A DNA stretch of 63,942 nucleotides, filler included, from Thelocarpon superellum (GCA_026025795.1; 4 parts of 4 records of this genome joined end to end with filler, not necessarily neighbours in it); one strand, 5' to 3'. Numbered from the whole stretch's first letter, positions 23,697 through 37,400 are shown. Notes: generated from the letters alone by a model not told the origin. A program made the numbers and translations.

Positions 23697-26600
23697 CTAG
23701 ACATCCAACTGCCGCAAGCGCTCTGGATTCATGCCCTGGAAGAGATGGGCCGCGGTAGAAGAGGGCGAAGGGGATGGCGGTTTTCGCATCTTGTCGGGCC
23801 TTGTCTTGTCATCGTCACGGGGCGCCGTGGGACTGTCGTTCTGCGAGCGGTGTTGCAACGTCCCGTTTTCCAATGTCCCCGTCTCGCCGTTGGTGAGCGC
23901 TGTCCGTGCGTCCGCGAGAGGGGTCGACTCCATGTCTTGCGTCTGCCCCGGTGAAGTCGTGTCTGCGTCGCATGTTTCTCCATCCATGTCGACCTCCATG
24001 TCCGTGGCGGGTGGTGGGGGTGGGGGCGGTGGAGGCGGGGGCGTGGTGGGCTTCATTCGCTTGCTCGGCGAGCCGTCATCGTCGGTCGCGTCCGTGGGCG
24101 TCATCGTCTCCGCCGCGTCAGCCTGTCCCGTTCGCTTGCGCTTCAGCGTGTCGCCGTTCGAGCCCAGATCTCCGGGCGTTGGCGGATTGGATGCCGCGGC
24201 GTCTTTGAGATCGGCGTCGTCGTCCGATAGTTCCATCGTCCGATCCGCCTCGAGCTCCGGCGTCTCGGTCTCGTCGTCGTCCGCAGCTTTGGCCGGGCTC
24301 GGGGGTGAGTCCGCTGAGTCGCCGTCCTTCGTCTTCTCTTGGTCTTTGCGCGCCGCCTTCTTCATGTCGTGCGTCCGTTTCTTGGCCACGGCCTTGTCAA
24401 AGAAATCTTTGACGTACTTCTTCACATGTTTCTCCTGCCGCGATGAGATCTGCGTTGGGTCGTCCACTCGCTGGTTTTTGAAGTCCGAATTGACCAATTT
24501 CTTGGCAATCTGTGTGTCGATGGTCTGTCAGACCTGCTCGGACATGGATACACTCGAGCCCAACTCACTTCCTTGGCGAATCGCTTCAGGTCATCCTTCG
24601 GGAGCTTCGTCTTGAATTTGTCCGTCACGTACTTGACATGAGGGAAAAGCTGTCCGCCATTAGTCCCCGATCCCCGCGACCGTCCGACACACATACCGTA
24701 TTCTCATACAGCTTTTTCTTCTTGTCTTCGCTGTACCCTCGCCATTTCTCCTGCCCCTCCTTCTTTGCCTTGGCCTGGTCGACGACGGGCTCTGGAGTCG
24801 CCACCGCGGCCGCCGTCTCCTTCGGCTTTTCCTTGGTGATGCTATCGATGATTTGTTGGAGGGTCTGCTCGCTGGATGGCGCCTTGGGCGGCGGCGGAGG
24901 TTGGATGGCAGGCACGGTCGGTCGGGTCCACGTGGTCTGTCCACTGGCGCTATAATAGTAGGCTTTGCCATTCGACATGGCCGCGAACCAGCCGTTCGGC
25001 AGCGGATTAAACGGCCGCCGGGGAAAGGGCGGTCGCGACGCATTGGCGTGGCTGGAGCTGCGCGAGGGGAAATTCCGCCGCGGACCCGTGGGCGCGGACG
25101 AGCCTCGGCCATCCAGCGATGGGGACGATGATCGCGACCGCTCCTTGCGCTCCTCGCGATCAGACTCGCGACGCTCGAAGCGGTCGGGACGTTCGGGCGG
25201 GTGGGAGGTGTTCGCATCGCGCTTCTTGCGCGGGATGCGATAGGCCACCTCCAACGTGCTCCATTCCTGTAGCAGCAGTGTGGCTCCCTGCTTCACCCGC
25301 TCGTCCTCGCACGTGATCAGACTCTCGACGATGGGCTCGATCTTGGCATCGCTGATCTTGTTGCGGGTCAGGCGCGGGAACTTGTCGAGAATGTCGAGGA
25401 TCTGGAGCACGATGTTGACGTCTTCCTTCCACGCAGTCAGGGCCGAGCGCATGGCCTGGTAGCCGTGCATCTGCACGACCCGGTGCCACACCCGGTCATT
25501 CCCACACCGCTGCACCCGACTCAACAGCTTGACCACGATCCACTTCTCCTTGTCCTGGCATTGCATGAGCGTCGCCACGACCTTGGTGACGCTCGACTCG
25601 TCCAGCGACTTGGGCTGGACGCGGTCGACGTATTCCTCGTCATTCTCGCCGGCCTTCTTCTTCCGCGGCTTCTTCGCGACGGCCGTATCCCAGTCGTCCA
25701 GATCGTCGATGCCCAGCGCTTCCTGCACCAGCGCCGAGAGTTTCGTCGCCCGTTCCGTCTGCGTCTTGCCGCCAAGGAATCCGGTACAGTTGGGCTCGCC
25801 GCAGTAGCACGGCTGCGGATCCGCGCCATAACGGTCGACGTTGTAGTTGAAGACGAGTTCTTCACCAGCCTGGATCTTCCGCTCCGTGAAGATGCCCATG
25901 CGCAGCTTGTCGCCCACGACCCATTTGTCGACGTAGCAGTTCGGGTTACATGAGTGGTTGCAGAAGCGGCCGAGGTTGCCGCGCTTGGTGGCATCGACAA
26001 AGACATTCTTCTGCAGCGACATGAAGTAAAAGTGCTTGATGCCTTCCTCATCGTACTGCACCATGCGTTTGCGAAAGTTCCGTTCGTCGATGACATCGCC
26101 AATGTACTCGAAGATGAACTCGTGCGCATTGAGATCGGTGTCGGCGCGCAGGCCATAGCCCTTCTTCTCCGTCCTGATGACGGACACACGGGCAAACTGT
26201 CGAAGCTGAAAGCGCTGATTTTGGCATCCGCTGCCGCAGCCGCACTCCTTGTCCGTGCACTCGATCTTGGTCAGGCGGTTGATGCAATCCGAGTCGTCGC
26301 CACAGGCACCGTTGCGCGTGCCATCTGCGTGCGCGTGTTAGTCCGTGATGCGGTATGCGTGAGGGAGAGCGTCATGCACTGCGCGTCATGACGTACCCCA
26401 TTCTTCCGCGCACTCGCAGCCCAGGGCCTCCTGGTCCGACGAGCCCATGTGCCTGTTGGCATAGATGCAATCCGGGATGACCTCGAAACTACTGGTGGCG
26501 GCCTCGGTGGCATCGGGCAGGTGATCGAACAACGGCGGCGGTCGCGCCACGAATTTCTGGGACGCAGTACGAGACAGCTTGGGCGCCTTGCCCGGCTCGA

Positions 26601-26910
26601 GCTTGACGGCCAGTTCGCCACCCCGCTTCGTCTCAATCCCATTCTGGATCGACGCTGGCGACGGTGACGGGGATCGCTCGGTCTTGGAGGGTGAGATGGA
26701 CATGGCCTTGACGCCGTTGGATAACGGTGGAGGTGATGGTGGTGGTGACGAGCGGCTCGGTGGTGCGGCCAACTCCTCTTCCTTCACACCCACTTGATCG
26801 GGCTCGGGATTTCGCATCTCCTCATCCGAGGCGAGACCATCTTCAGTCTGCATCCCCCCTGCCGAGGGGTCGCCGACGATGGGCTTCTCCTCGTCGGCGT
26901 GGGTGGGCAT
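23697..26910 (-). CDS. SET2: Histone H3K36 methyltransferase Set2 (AWS-SET-postSET, WW, SRI), 4 exons
   Basis: [63 protein letters not shown] domain LPNGW..YYY..TTWTRP, and [13 protein letters not shown]. Confidence 0.97.
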
Positions 26911-29900
26911 GGTGGAGCCGTAGTTGAGGTGGTGAGGTGAGATTGGGGCGTGGGCGTGGGCAACGTCGGACGTCGACGGGAGAATTGGATTACAAGAGCA
27001 GAAGCGACGCGAGACTCACAACCCGGGCTGCTGCCGCCGGCCAATCCGAGGAGTATTATCGTCCCGCGGGCCGCGCCTCCGATACGGGCGCCGTCGCTGA
27101 CGTCCAGAACAGGACGCTCGGTGTGTGATCACGATGCACAGCGGCGGCGACGGCGGCGACGGCGGCGGTGGGTGCAAAGGCCCGTCGGGAGCTAGAGCGA
27201 AGGGTGCGAACCAAGGGCAGACGGGAACGTGGCGGAGGCAAGGTAAGTGCAAAGGCAGCAAGACATGAGCTGTGGTCGCCGATTGAGGTACCGATGAGAT
27301 GAGTCCGCGATCAGATGGCTCCACGAGAGCTCCACCCCGTCCAAGTGACGCTTGTGGGTGGGCGTGCGTAGAGCGGCAGCGATGGACGTCGTGTTCAAGT
27401 GTTATTCATGGCCAGTGCTAGACCACGCTCAGCGTGATCGGCCCATTTAGCAACACTCCCCCTCCACGGCTCCGCGACAATCGAGTCAAGCCAGGTCGTC
27501 GAAAGTCACCAAGTGAATGATCCTCGGGTGCGGAAAAGGGAGCGCCGAGCTCGTTGCCATTCACCAACGACTGGATCTGCTATTCAAGATGCCCAATACG
27601 AATACATGGGAGAGAGAGGGAGGCGAGCGGAACAAGCCGAAGGCCGGTGGCCACCCCGGCACCTGGGCCGTCGCGCGGCCACACCCGTTTCTCCCCCCAA
27701 GCCACCAGCCACACCTGGCAGCAAGATGGGTCGCGGGCCGACAGGCACATGATGAGAAATCGTCGCTGGAAGAAAGAAGGCCACAACGCTAATGATGACA
27801 ACGATTGAGAAGGGAGAAAGAATTTAGACGGAATCAACCCGGGGCTGCGTGTCACGTGACCCTCTCTACCGCGGCGCAGAATCCGTTCGGCGTCCCGCGA
27901 AGGGCTGAGTCCGAGCGCGAGTATACGTCGGCCGACGCAACTCACTACCCCAGGGCCGATCAAGTAGACGCAGCGGCTGATGGAGGAAGTGTCGGACAGC
28001 GTGTCGGAGGAGTCTCATCTGGCGCGCCGATGTGCCTCTCTCATCGTCCTGCAATCAGCCATGCCCAGCTCCGCGATCGCGTCGACGAAGGAGATACGTC
28101 GGCATGCGTGCGGATTCGTAGATCGACGTGGGGCTCACGGGCGTCCAGGTCGGAGGGGGTGAGGTGGCGCTGCAGGAGATGAAGTGTCTCGCAGCTCGGG
28201 CGCTCGTCGGGCCCGGGTTGGGATGCGGTGCCAGCGAAGAAGGCCGCGGGTCCAGGGCTCATGGCGCAGAGCACAGGGTCCCCCGGCCGGCGTCGGCCGA
28301 CATAAGAAGTCGGCGCTCGCATCTCGTGCGCATCCGCATCCGCATCCGCATCCGCATCCTCCGCTGCCATGTGGGCGCGGGAGGCGACGCAGGCGACGTC
28401 GCTCCGTGCCTGACGAGCGGCGGATGTTGCCAGCCGCCTCCCTTCTCCCGACGCCGACCAGCGGTTGAGACGTTGACGCTCGAGCCAGGATTGGCGCATC
28501 GATTGGACTAGAATTGCCTTCTTCTCTCGTGCCCTTCTCCCGTCGCCTTCTGGGACTAGTGCGGAAGAAAAGAAGGGCTCTTGGCCGATTGCGACGTGGA
28601 ACCAGGAGCGTCACCGCGGCGCACGCGTCCAGGCGAAAGTTTCAAGGACAGCGGCTAAGCGACCGGACGGAGGGGATTGGCCCAGCGCCACCGCAGCACC
28701 GCAGCACCGCAGCACCGCAGCGAAACTCCACCGCGCGCTCGTTGATGGGCTGGCACGCGCGCGCCGCCCTTGGCCGGTCGCCTCCCCTTATGGTCCGGAG
28801 CCAGACCCCCTTACCCTGTGCCCGTGTCTGCGTGCCCACGACCCTTTCCCAACCACCCACGAGCAACGTCACGCGGACCCGTGCCACGTAGGGCGGGCCA
28901 CGGACCGCTCAAGGCCACGTGCCAGCTCATGGACGCAGAGCGATCGGCGGCCGACAGGTGCTGCATCATGGCCGGGCGAGAACAAGGACTTGTTCAGGGA
29001 AGGGGAGAAGGGGGAGGGGGGGCCCGGCCGGACTTGATGAGAACGTACCGCCGTACCAGGGTTCCAGGTTGGCAAGTGCAGAAAACAGGACGGAGCCCTC
29101 GGCAGACTTGGTCCGGGTACTTTGTTCGTGCGCGTCTTCCTTTCTTCTGCCGCCGAGAAGCCTCGGACGAGGGAGGGGGCCCTATGGTCCGAGGGGGTGG
29201 GCCGGGGGAGGGTACAGGGCAGCAGCACGAAACGTTGTGTTACAGGAGCGTACCTGGCGACAGCGTATCCGCCCGAACAGAAGTTACCGGGCAGGACCTT
29301 GCGACGTGCGTTGGCGTCAACGGGCTTGGGGGTTAGCACTACGCAGGAGGTGCTATCCCATCATGGTTCGTTGCGAGAGGATCGCAGCGGATAAGGGTGC
29401 ATAAGGGAGTGGCGCCGCGCAGACCAAGCAGACCATGCAGGCGAGCTGGTCGGCGCGGCTGCTGCAACATTTGATTGCACCTCGCGCCGCTGCAACCATG
29501 TTACTACGACGCGACCACGAGACTACGAGACGGACGAGACGAGTACGGTGGACTGGACCTGGACGGGCCTCCCCAGGCGAACGCCTTGTACCACCGGCCT
29601 CTGGACTGGGGGCAGTCACGGCGCGCGCGCGCAAGTGCATCTGCAGACGCAGCCATGGTTTTTACTGGCTTTGGCTGCAGCGGTAGCCGCAGATCGAGCT
29701 CGAAACTCTCTGTGCGACTATTCTTCGCTCTCGCTCTCGCTCTCTCTCACTCACTCATTCTCTCCCTCCGTTCACTGACCACTTCTTTTCTCTCACGCAC
29801 GCACTTCCTCCCTCGCCCACCCACCACGCATGCACGCGCGCTCTTTCTCTCTCGCACTCTCTCTCTCTCTCTTTTTTTTTCACTATTTGTACTAACGACG

Positions 29901-30667
29901 ACTACTCCTTCGACCAGACGACTTTCTTGCAACCCTTTCTCCGGCGTCCGATCGCGTGCGCGCCCCTTCTGCTCCCCCCGCTCAGTGGGTGACGCGTGCT
30001 GGCGTAGGCATTGGCGACTCCATCACATCTCGCGGCGTACCCGACCACCACCGCCCCCGGCATCGTTGCATTGCCCTCCGGCGCACTCGTTCAGCATCAC
30101 TCTCCAATCAGCCCTACGTCCGCCCCTGCCTACGGCCACGGTCTCGGTCTCGGTCTCGGTCTCGGGCTCGTCCACGAGCACCACGTCTCGCTCTTGCCTT
30201 CCACTTTATCCCACTTAATCTCGTTTCTCTAAGCACCTTCGGCTCCTCGTCCATCCACACATTTCCCTCGGGCCCCTCTTGCGACCTCATCCACCTTCCT
30301 AGGTTCCACGTTTTTTTTTCCTTCGCTTGAACCACACGCCTTCTTAATGATCCTTTGATCCAACGTGCCCACGCGCCCACACAACGTGCCCTCCACGTTC
30401 CCTCCTTCCTTCGCGCGCTCGTCTCGCTCGCTCCTCCGCGCTCGTCCTTCCGCCGCCCTGGCCGTCCCCGGTATTCCGCTCACCATCCCGCCGCTCCGCC
30501 TCTGGCCGACGGACAACCATATGTGCGCGTGCGCTTGACCGTTGGACCGCGACCGCCTGACGTGCACTTCCATCGTTTGGTGCCCTCCTGCCCGACCTCG
30601 CCCTCACCCCGCCCTCGCCGCGAACGTCTCTCTGGGTCGCCACCGCGCGCCCACGTACACCGCCATC

Positions 30668-31884
30668 ATGTCCTTCAAAGCCGATGCGCCGTGGTCGGAG
30701 TCGGAAAAGGTATGGTTGACCCCCGAGCACGACAGACGACGTTCGCGCCGTCCATCGGCGAGCGCTACCTGCGTGCGCAGCGCGCGGGCGCAGCTCACCC
30801 CTCACCAACACCGACACTGATAGCCCCGTTCTCTAGGTCTCTCTGCTGGCCGAGATCTTGAAAGATGCCAACGTTCCTGCGGCCGTCTTTCTCCGGATCA
30901 TTATGGACGCGGGCATCGAGCCGCGGTGGATGGAGATCCCGTTGCCAGCAGGTGAGAGAACCAGCATCGTGTCACCCGCCCCGGGGCTTCGTGCGTCGTT
31001 CGTGGCCAGCGGCGCACGAACGCGCCAGTCCAAGGACCGTGGCGGACCAGATGCACCAGGGCTGATGTGACGCACCAGGTCGCTCTCTGAGAGCTTCTCA
31101 AAACGCCTTCAATGCCCTTATCGCCAACCCTGTCGTGCCTTCGCCGGTGCGTCCGCCACCGCCGTTCTCGTCGCCCAACGTGTCGGCGGAGGCGTCAGAT
31201 TCGCCCAATCCCAAGAAACGAGCGCTCTCGTCCAAGGAAGCCACGACGCCGGGTGGACGCACGCTGCAGCCACGCCCGCCGGCCTTCTCGTCCATCAACG
31301 GTCAGCCCATCTCGCCCTTCCAGAGCTCTCCGAGCGAAGACCCATTACAACCGCCGCGAAAGAAGCGCGGGCGACCGTCCAAACTGGAAATGGAGGCGCG
31401 CGCCCAAGCCGCGGCGGCTCGAGGCGAGGTGTACCCGCCCCCCAAGCCTCCCAAGACGCCGCAGGCGTCACATACCACAGGCAAGCCAACGACGATCGCG
31501 GGGGCTACGGCCGCGGCCGCGGCCGCGGCCGCCGCGGCGGCAGGAGCGGCGCAAGGGGCCACCGCGGCGAGTCCCGGAGGCACGTTGGAGGATGACGGGG
31601 ACCCTGCGTCAAAGGGAAAGAAGCGGCGGGGTCGTCCGACCAAGGATGAATTACAAGCCAAGCGCATGATTCTCGAGGCGGCCGCTCTGGCGGCATCCAG
31701 CGAGACGCCGGGAGAGCCGGCGAGGGCGCCTGCGACGGAGCCAGCGGAAGAGGCGGCACCCCCCGTCACCGCGGCGAGCGAGGCCTCGGCGCCAGAAGCC
31801 ACGGCCAAGCAGGCGGACCCGGCCGGCAGCGGCGAGACGGCGGCACCACTACCACCGCCGACGACGGAAGCGAAGGAGACATGA
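30668..31884 (+). CDS. Putative DNA-binding protein with a Myb/SANT-like N terminus and two AT-hooks, 3 exons
   Basis: MSFKADAPWSESEK|VSLLAEILK...EPRWMEIPLPA|GRSLRASQNAF. AT-hooks RKKRGRPSK and KKRRGRPTK. Canonical introns 30710-30836 and about 30952-31078. Confidence 0.8.
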
Positions 31885-32234
31885 ATGCATGAGGTCTAGA
31901 GGGGCTGCGAGATTGCCATTCCGTGACCATTTGACGATTTACTTGATGAAATGAGCCGACCGACGACCAACGATGTGGAGGCTGTTCCGTGGATTCCCCT
32001 GTCCCGTGCTTGAGGTGCAATGTCCCGCGTGCCATGTCCGATGTCCGATGCTTGATTGATGTTTGCGACGTGTGAAGTTTTGCCTAGATGTTCCCGACGA
32101 CCGAGTGACTTCGACGTCTGAATCATGGCGTGTACGAGACGTGGTTTCTATTTCCTTTGGGGCTCTGGATAACGATGGAGGCTTTTTCCTTTGGGTTTGC
32201 GCATCCGTTTTGCCTCTTTTGCCTGGTTCTCTAC

Positions 32235-32266
32235 GCCGATGCCGATGCCGATGCCGATGCCGATGC
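32235..32266. repeat. (GCCGAT)n microsatellite
   Basis: About 5 tandem hexamers. Confidence 0.9.
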
Positions 32267-32576
32267 TAATACTGACGTTGATGAACCCTTCACAACCGCG
32301 ACTCACGAGCACCAACACAAGCACAAGCGCAGAAACGGAGTCCGACGACGATTCGTACGAGTACGATGAAGTGTGCGAGGAGTGCGGCGGATGATTTCGC
32401 CTGCCCTTGACGTCGACGTTGATGCTGATATTTACAATCACGTTCGATCTGGAGGCTCTTGTTGCTGCTAATGTTTATTCCACGAGTGAATGACGAGTGA
32501 TTCTGACTGATTGATTGTATTACTGTCTCCCATGGCTCACTAAAAACTCTCCACGGCGCGACGCCAATGATTTCCT

Positions 32577-32581
<5 letters not shown>

Positions 32582-32637
<56 letters not shown>

Positions 32638-32641
32638 CGCA
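32582..32641. repeat. (TG)24 fused to a (CG)n run: uninterrupted alternating purine-pyrimidine tract
   Basis: Directly visible, about 60 bp. Confidence 0.97.
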
Positions 32642-33036
32642 GTTTTTCTCGTCTTATGTGAGATGATGTGTACTTCTATCTTATGTACCACACTCCGTCT
32701 TGTTTTCTACTTGTACTGTACTGTACTGTACTGTACCACTAGTATGTCACTTGTATTCCACGCTCCTGAGCGTGTTACCCCTGTACAATCAAGCAGAAGC
32801 GGGTCTCAGAATCTATCAGTATCATCACAACACGCTACTGACTGCCATCAACACAACCCCACACCTACAAGTTGTCCCTTTCCTACGCGGAGAAGCCTCA
32901 TTCTACCACCAGTCAAGGCGTGAAGATTCATCAAATCATGGGCGGAGAGCACCGTGTCTGAACATAAGGATAAATGAGTATATGGGGAACAGGCAAGAGT
33001 TGATATATTAAATCCAGTACAAACTCCCGTCTGCCG

Positions 33037-33103
33037 TGCTTCTGCTTCTGCTTCTGCTTCTGCTTCTGCTTCTGCTTCTGCTTCTGCTTCTGCTTCTGCT
33101 TCT
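33037..33103. repeat. (TGCTTC)n microsatellite near the contig end
   Basis: About 11 tandem hexamers. Confidence 0.95.
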
Positions 33104-33163
33104 AATAAATCGACAATGATATGAGGAAGAGCAGGAGTGGGTGTGTACGCGCTTATCGCTCTC

Positions 33164-33263
33164 NNNNNNNNNNNNNNNNNNNNNNNNNNNNNNNNNNNNN
33201 NNNNNNNTTAATTAATTAANNNNNNNNNNNNNNNNNNNNNNNNNNNNNNNNNNNNNNNNNNNN
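33164..33263. other. Artificial contig spacer
   Basis: 44N-TTAATTAATTAA-44N. Confidence 0.98.
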
Positions 33264-33293
33264 GAAGTGAAGCTAGTCGGTCCGTTGTCCGCA

Positions 33294-34216
33294 ATGCACT
33301 CCACCCTCGTACGAGTCCAGAATGTATTCGGCCTCTTCACCAGCATCGCCTTCTTCGTGGCGCTGCTCACGGCCTTGACCTCCCTCGCGGCTCCACAGGC
33401 TCCCAAGGCCGATCTGACAGTACGGTCATTGCAGGTGTATGTGTTTTTCTTTCACTCAACCTTTTCTCCTCCTGTGACCACTATAATATCCCTCCTCGAG
33501 TCTGCTAACCCAAGGATACATGTCCAGGGTGAAAGGACGACCATACAACGGCAGTCCGAAGAAGGTGGAATTCGCACACGTGCGCTTCGACATGGATGCC
33601 GGTAAGGAGCCTTCTCCCCCATTCCCATTTCCATCCCCGCGCCTCTCCCTTGCTCCTCTCGCTCTGACACCCAACGAACCCAGATTTCTCCTCACTGTTC
33701 AAGTACAACACCAAGCAAATCTTCATCTACGTGACAGCCACCTGGCCATCCTCCAACACCACCTCGTCTCCGACCCTCGACTCCGCCGTCATCTACGACA
33801 AGATCCTTCCGTGCGATCCGCCGTTTTTCCCATTCGGCGCCATAAGCAGCACATCGCGGCTCTTCTCGCGCTCGAACAAGCGCGCGCGGCCCGCTTCCTT
33901 GTCGCTTTCGGACCTGCTCGCGCCCCGGCCGAGTGGGCCAGGGAAACTGACCCTGACGAACCAGAAGCCGAAATACCCCATCTCGGACCCTAGTGGGCGC
34001 ATGGCGGAACGCACAAACGTCACGTTGTCCGTGGGCTGGAACGTCCAGCCGTGGGTCGGCGCTCTGCTTTGGGACGGCGATGCCATTTCAACCGCTATGC
34101 ATTCCCTCGGTGCTGCGCTGCGCTTGGGTGAGGCCAGGCGATGGGTGTCTCTCAAAGGGGGCCGGAGTGCGCCGTTTGAATTTCCGCCGTTGAAGAGCGC
34201 CAAGCCGAAGGAATAG
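33294..34216 (+). CDS. SPC3: Signal peptidase complex subunit 3 (SPC22/23), 3 exons
   Basis: MHSTLVRVQNVFGLFTS + TM, FAHVRFDMDA|DFSSLFKYNTKQIFIYVTA, LTNQKPKYPISD and LSVGWNVQPWVGAL. Confidence 0.92.
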
Positions 34217-34480
34217 GAGGGAGGGAGGGAGGGAGGGAGGGAGGGGAAAGGGTAATGTGCCCTTACTTTCTTGATATCTTGATTTTAGGCGTTTCGTGTT
34301 CAGTAGTCAGTGGGAGCCATGTCTTTGCAACTAGACAACGTAGTCTGCAATGTACTGCTACTTACAGCCATCTTATCTAGCGCGGAGTATGTGTGAGTGT
34401 GAATGTGGTCGTCGGGGTGCTGGGGTCAGGGGAGGAGTAGATGCAAGAGCAGGGGTGCGGGCAAGCCCATTTTCATCCTA

Positions 34481-37400
34481 CTAGCCCACGTTCACCGCTC
34501 CGCCTCGTGCGACGCCCCGTCCTCCGCTGCTCCCACCACGACCGCGTGGCCCCCTCCCGCCACGCCCTGCGCCTCTCCCTCCTCTCCCTCGCTGGGATGG
34601 AGCCGTGAGGCTAGACGGTGGTGGCAGGCTACCGTAGATGGGCCCCCCTTGGTGTGCTTGCGGAGCAGCGCTGGGGTCAGGGCCAGTCCCCGCTGCTTGG
34701 CTGTACTTCTGCCCGTTTGTCGGCCCTCCACGTCCGCCGCCTCCGTCTCCACCTCCATTTCCACCTCTACCTTGCCCTCCACGCGGCGGATTGCCATTGG
34801 CGTTGCCGCGCCCCCCTCGCATTGGGAGTGAATGCCCGTTGAAGCCGGTGCTGTCACGTCCTCGACCGCGTTGACCCGAGACGGCGCTGCGGAAGGATCC
34901 GCGCAGAGGAGGTGGCGCTTGGCTTTCGACAAATTGTCCGCTTCCACCCGCCACGGCCGGTGCTCCGTACCCATTCACCGTCAGGGGCTGCTTGGCCGCC
35001 GCTGGTCGGTGCTCGGCGCCCGCTTTGGTGCTGGCGATAAGCTGCCGCTCGGTGATGTTGAGCACTGAAGAGAGAGGCACCGTTGATCCGCGAAAGGGCG
35101 AACAGCGGTTGTCGAGCGTGCTGCCGCTCATGAACGTCACATCAAACACCACGTCCAGTAAAGTCGTTCGAGACGTTCGAGTGAGGCCCACGACCGTTCC
35201 ATGGGTCGCAATCGGAACTCTTCCCGAGTCTTGGGCGTAGACGACTCGATCACCTAGGGAGAACCGCTGGTTCCCTAGCCGGTGCTCGGCGTCCGACGGC
35301 TTGAGGAGTGCGTTCCGCGGCACCCCTTTGATCTTCTTTCCAGTCACCTCTGCCTTCTGCTTGACGAACTCGTCTGCGGCTTGCTCGATCTGCTTCACCA
35401 CGTCCGAGTCCAGTTGCTCGGCCTCCAACGGCACCTTCTCGAATCCCTTGGATTCCACCGATTTCAGCCAGGCCTGTATCTCCTTCATTTTCGCCGCCGC
35501 CATAGCCGAGGGATAGAAGTCGGTCGGCGCATACACATCGCCCTGCGGATTTCGCTGGATGCCGGCGATAAATTCTGGAAAGCGCACCATGTATTGTGCA
35601 ACCAGATCAATCGCCTTCTGGCTGAACTCCCACCCCGATGGCGATCGGCGCGAGTATCCCAGCACCTTTTGCTTCTTGGCCTCAAACTTCAAATTGAGGC
35701 CGAGGTTGAGGCGCGAGCCGTCCATCATGACGGAGAAAGAGGACGTGACTTTGCTCAGCACCAACGGGTTGAGACTGAGCATCCGGGCCACGGCGTAGGA
35801 CGGCGTGTATGGAGTCGTGCGCTCCGCATTGCGCGCGCATTCCCGTCCAAAGTCCGGTTCCCGGCCTTTGGAGATGGACACCCACGCCTCCACTTTATTG
35901 TTCGCATGCCGCACAATCTCCAGCGGCCGTCCGTAATTGAATTCGCCCAGGAAGAAGGCACGAGTGCCTTCAGGAAATTCCTCCTCAATACGCACGGCCG
36001 CCTTCTCCAGAAACCGCTGATCTTCGCTGATCACGTCGTCCACCACCACTTGCGAGGCATAGTCGGTCTCGAGGCCAGGAATCGTGGCGTATTCCTTGAC
36101 CGTGGCCCCGTCATCTGTCTTGCGTAGGCCTTTGAGCATATCGACATGCATCAGGGACTCCACTGTGCCAATGAGCATCCCCAGTCGCTTGCTGTAGACG
36201 CTCTCGATCCGCTCGGCCTTCTTCCGCCACTTATCGACGTCGTGTGGAGCGTGCGGCACGGGCATGACATGGCCGGTGCTAGGATCGGGGACGATGTAGT
36301 CGAACAGCTCGTCTGACACCCGCACCACCTTGGCCTCCTGCAAGAAGGGGAAGCCCACATGCACCTTTCGGCCGATGCGCAACTTTGCCGCCTCCACCTT
36401 AGTGCGCAAATCCGGGTCCGTCAGCGTCACCACCATGCTCTCATTCCGGCTGTCTTGCTGAAAGACATTGACCCCGTGGAAGTCCAGGGTGCCCATGTGC
36501 GGCAGCGTCTTCAGGCTGGGAAAGCCCGCGAGCGCCGCGGAACCTAGTTGGACGCCAGCAGGGAGACCCACATACATGTGCAGCCCCTCCACCGTCGGAA
36601 GCTCGAAGATGTTGGCGACGCAGTGGCAATGCGCAATGTCCGGAAAGATACCAATCATGGAGGAGGGGTAGGTGAAATCAAGCTCGGCGGCGTAGCTGAA
36701 TTTGAGCGTTACGCCAAACTCGTTCCGTTGTCGTTCGTCTTCCATCAGGAGCTTGTCGCGCGGCTTCATTGCAGCTAAGAGACGCTGCTCGTCGATGAAG
36801 GGAATCTTGACGACTGCCTCCCACTCCATCTTCTTCCCGTTCATGTCCAGTTCAAAGTCGCGCGGGTAGAAGTCGATAATGGGCGAGTCAGGGTGGGTCA
36901 TGAGCTCATGGTAGGGCGTCGGGACGATCTTCTTGCTGCGATCCGGTAAGACCCCCATGAGCTGCTGGTAGGGCCGGAAGGGCTGACCGAGCTTGAACTC
37001 CAGCGTAGCCTTCAAGCCCTTCTTCACGTCCGAGATCATGGGTGAGTAGTGATAGCCGTAGAACCAGGACCACGATGCCACCCCGCGGTAGTAATAGAAG
37101 AGGACCCACTGCAGGCCTTGCACGTAATTCTCCGTCAGCTTTCGCATCTCTTCCTCGTTGTCCAAGGTCCAGCCGAATTTGCTGTCGTAGTACTGATTCT
37201 TCCAGCCGCGGAACTTGGCGTCGTATTGCCGCTGCATCTCGAGCTGAGCCTCCTCCGCTGTAGAGTCGACAACCTTGGCCTTTTCGTACTGTTTCAGGAC
37301 GCGCAAGAGGGCTACCTGCGCTTCCTCATCCTCGTCCTCTTCTTCGCCGTCGTGTAGCCGGTCGGGGAAGCGCAGGCGGAGATGTCGATCGCCCTGCTCA

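Noticed and set aside
32063..32441. ORFs encoding DADADA, MPMPMP or RCRCRC and ending CEECGG
   Set aside because: Translations of the (GCCGAT)n microsatellite, with no coding bias or family resemblance.
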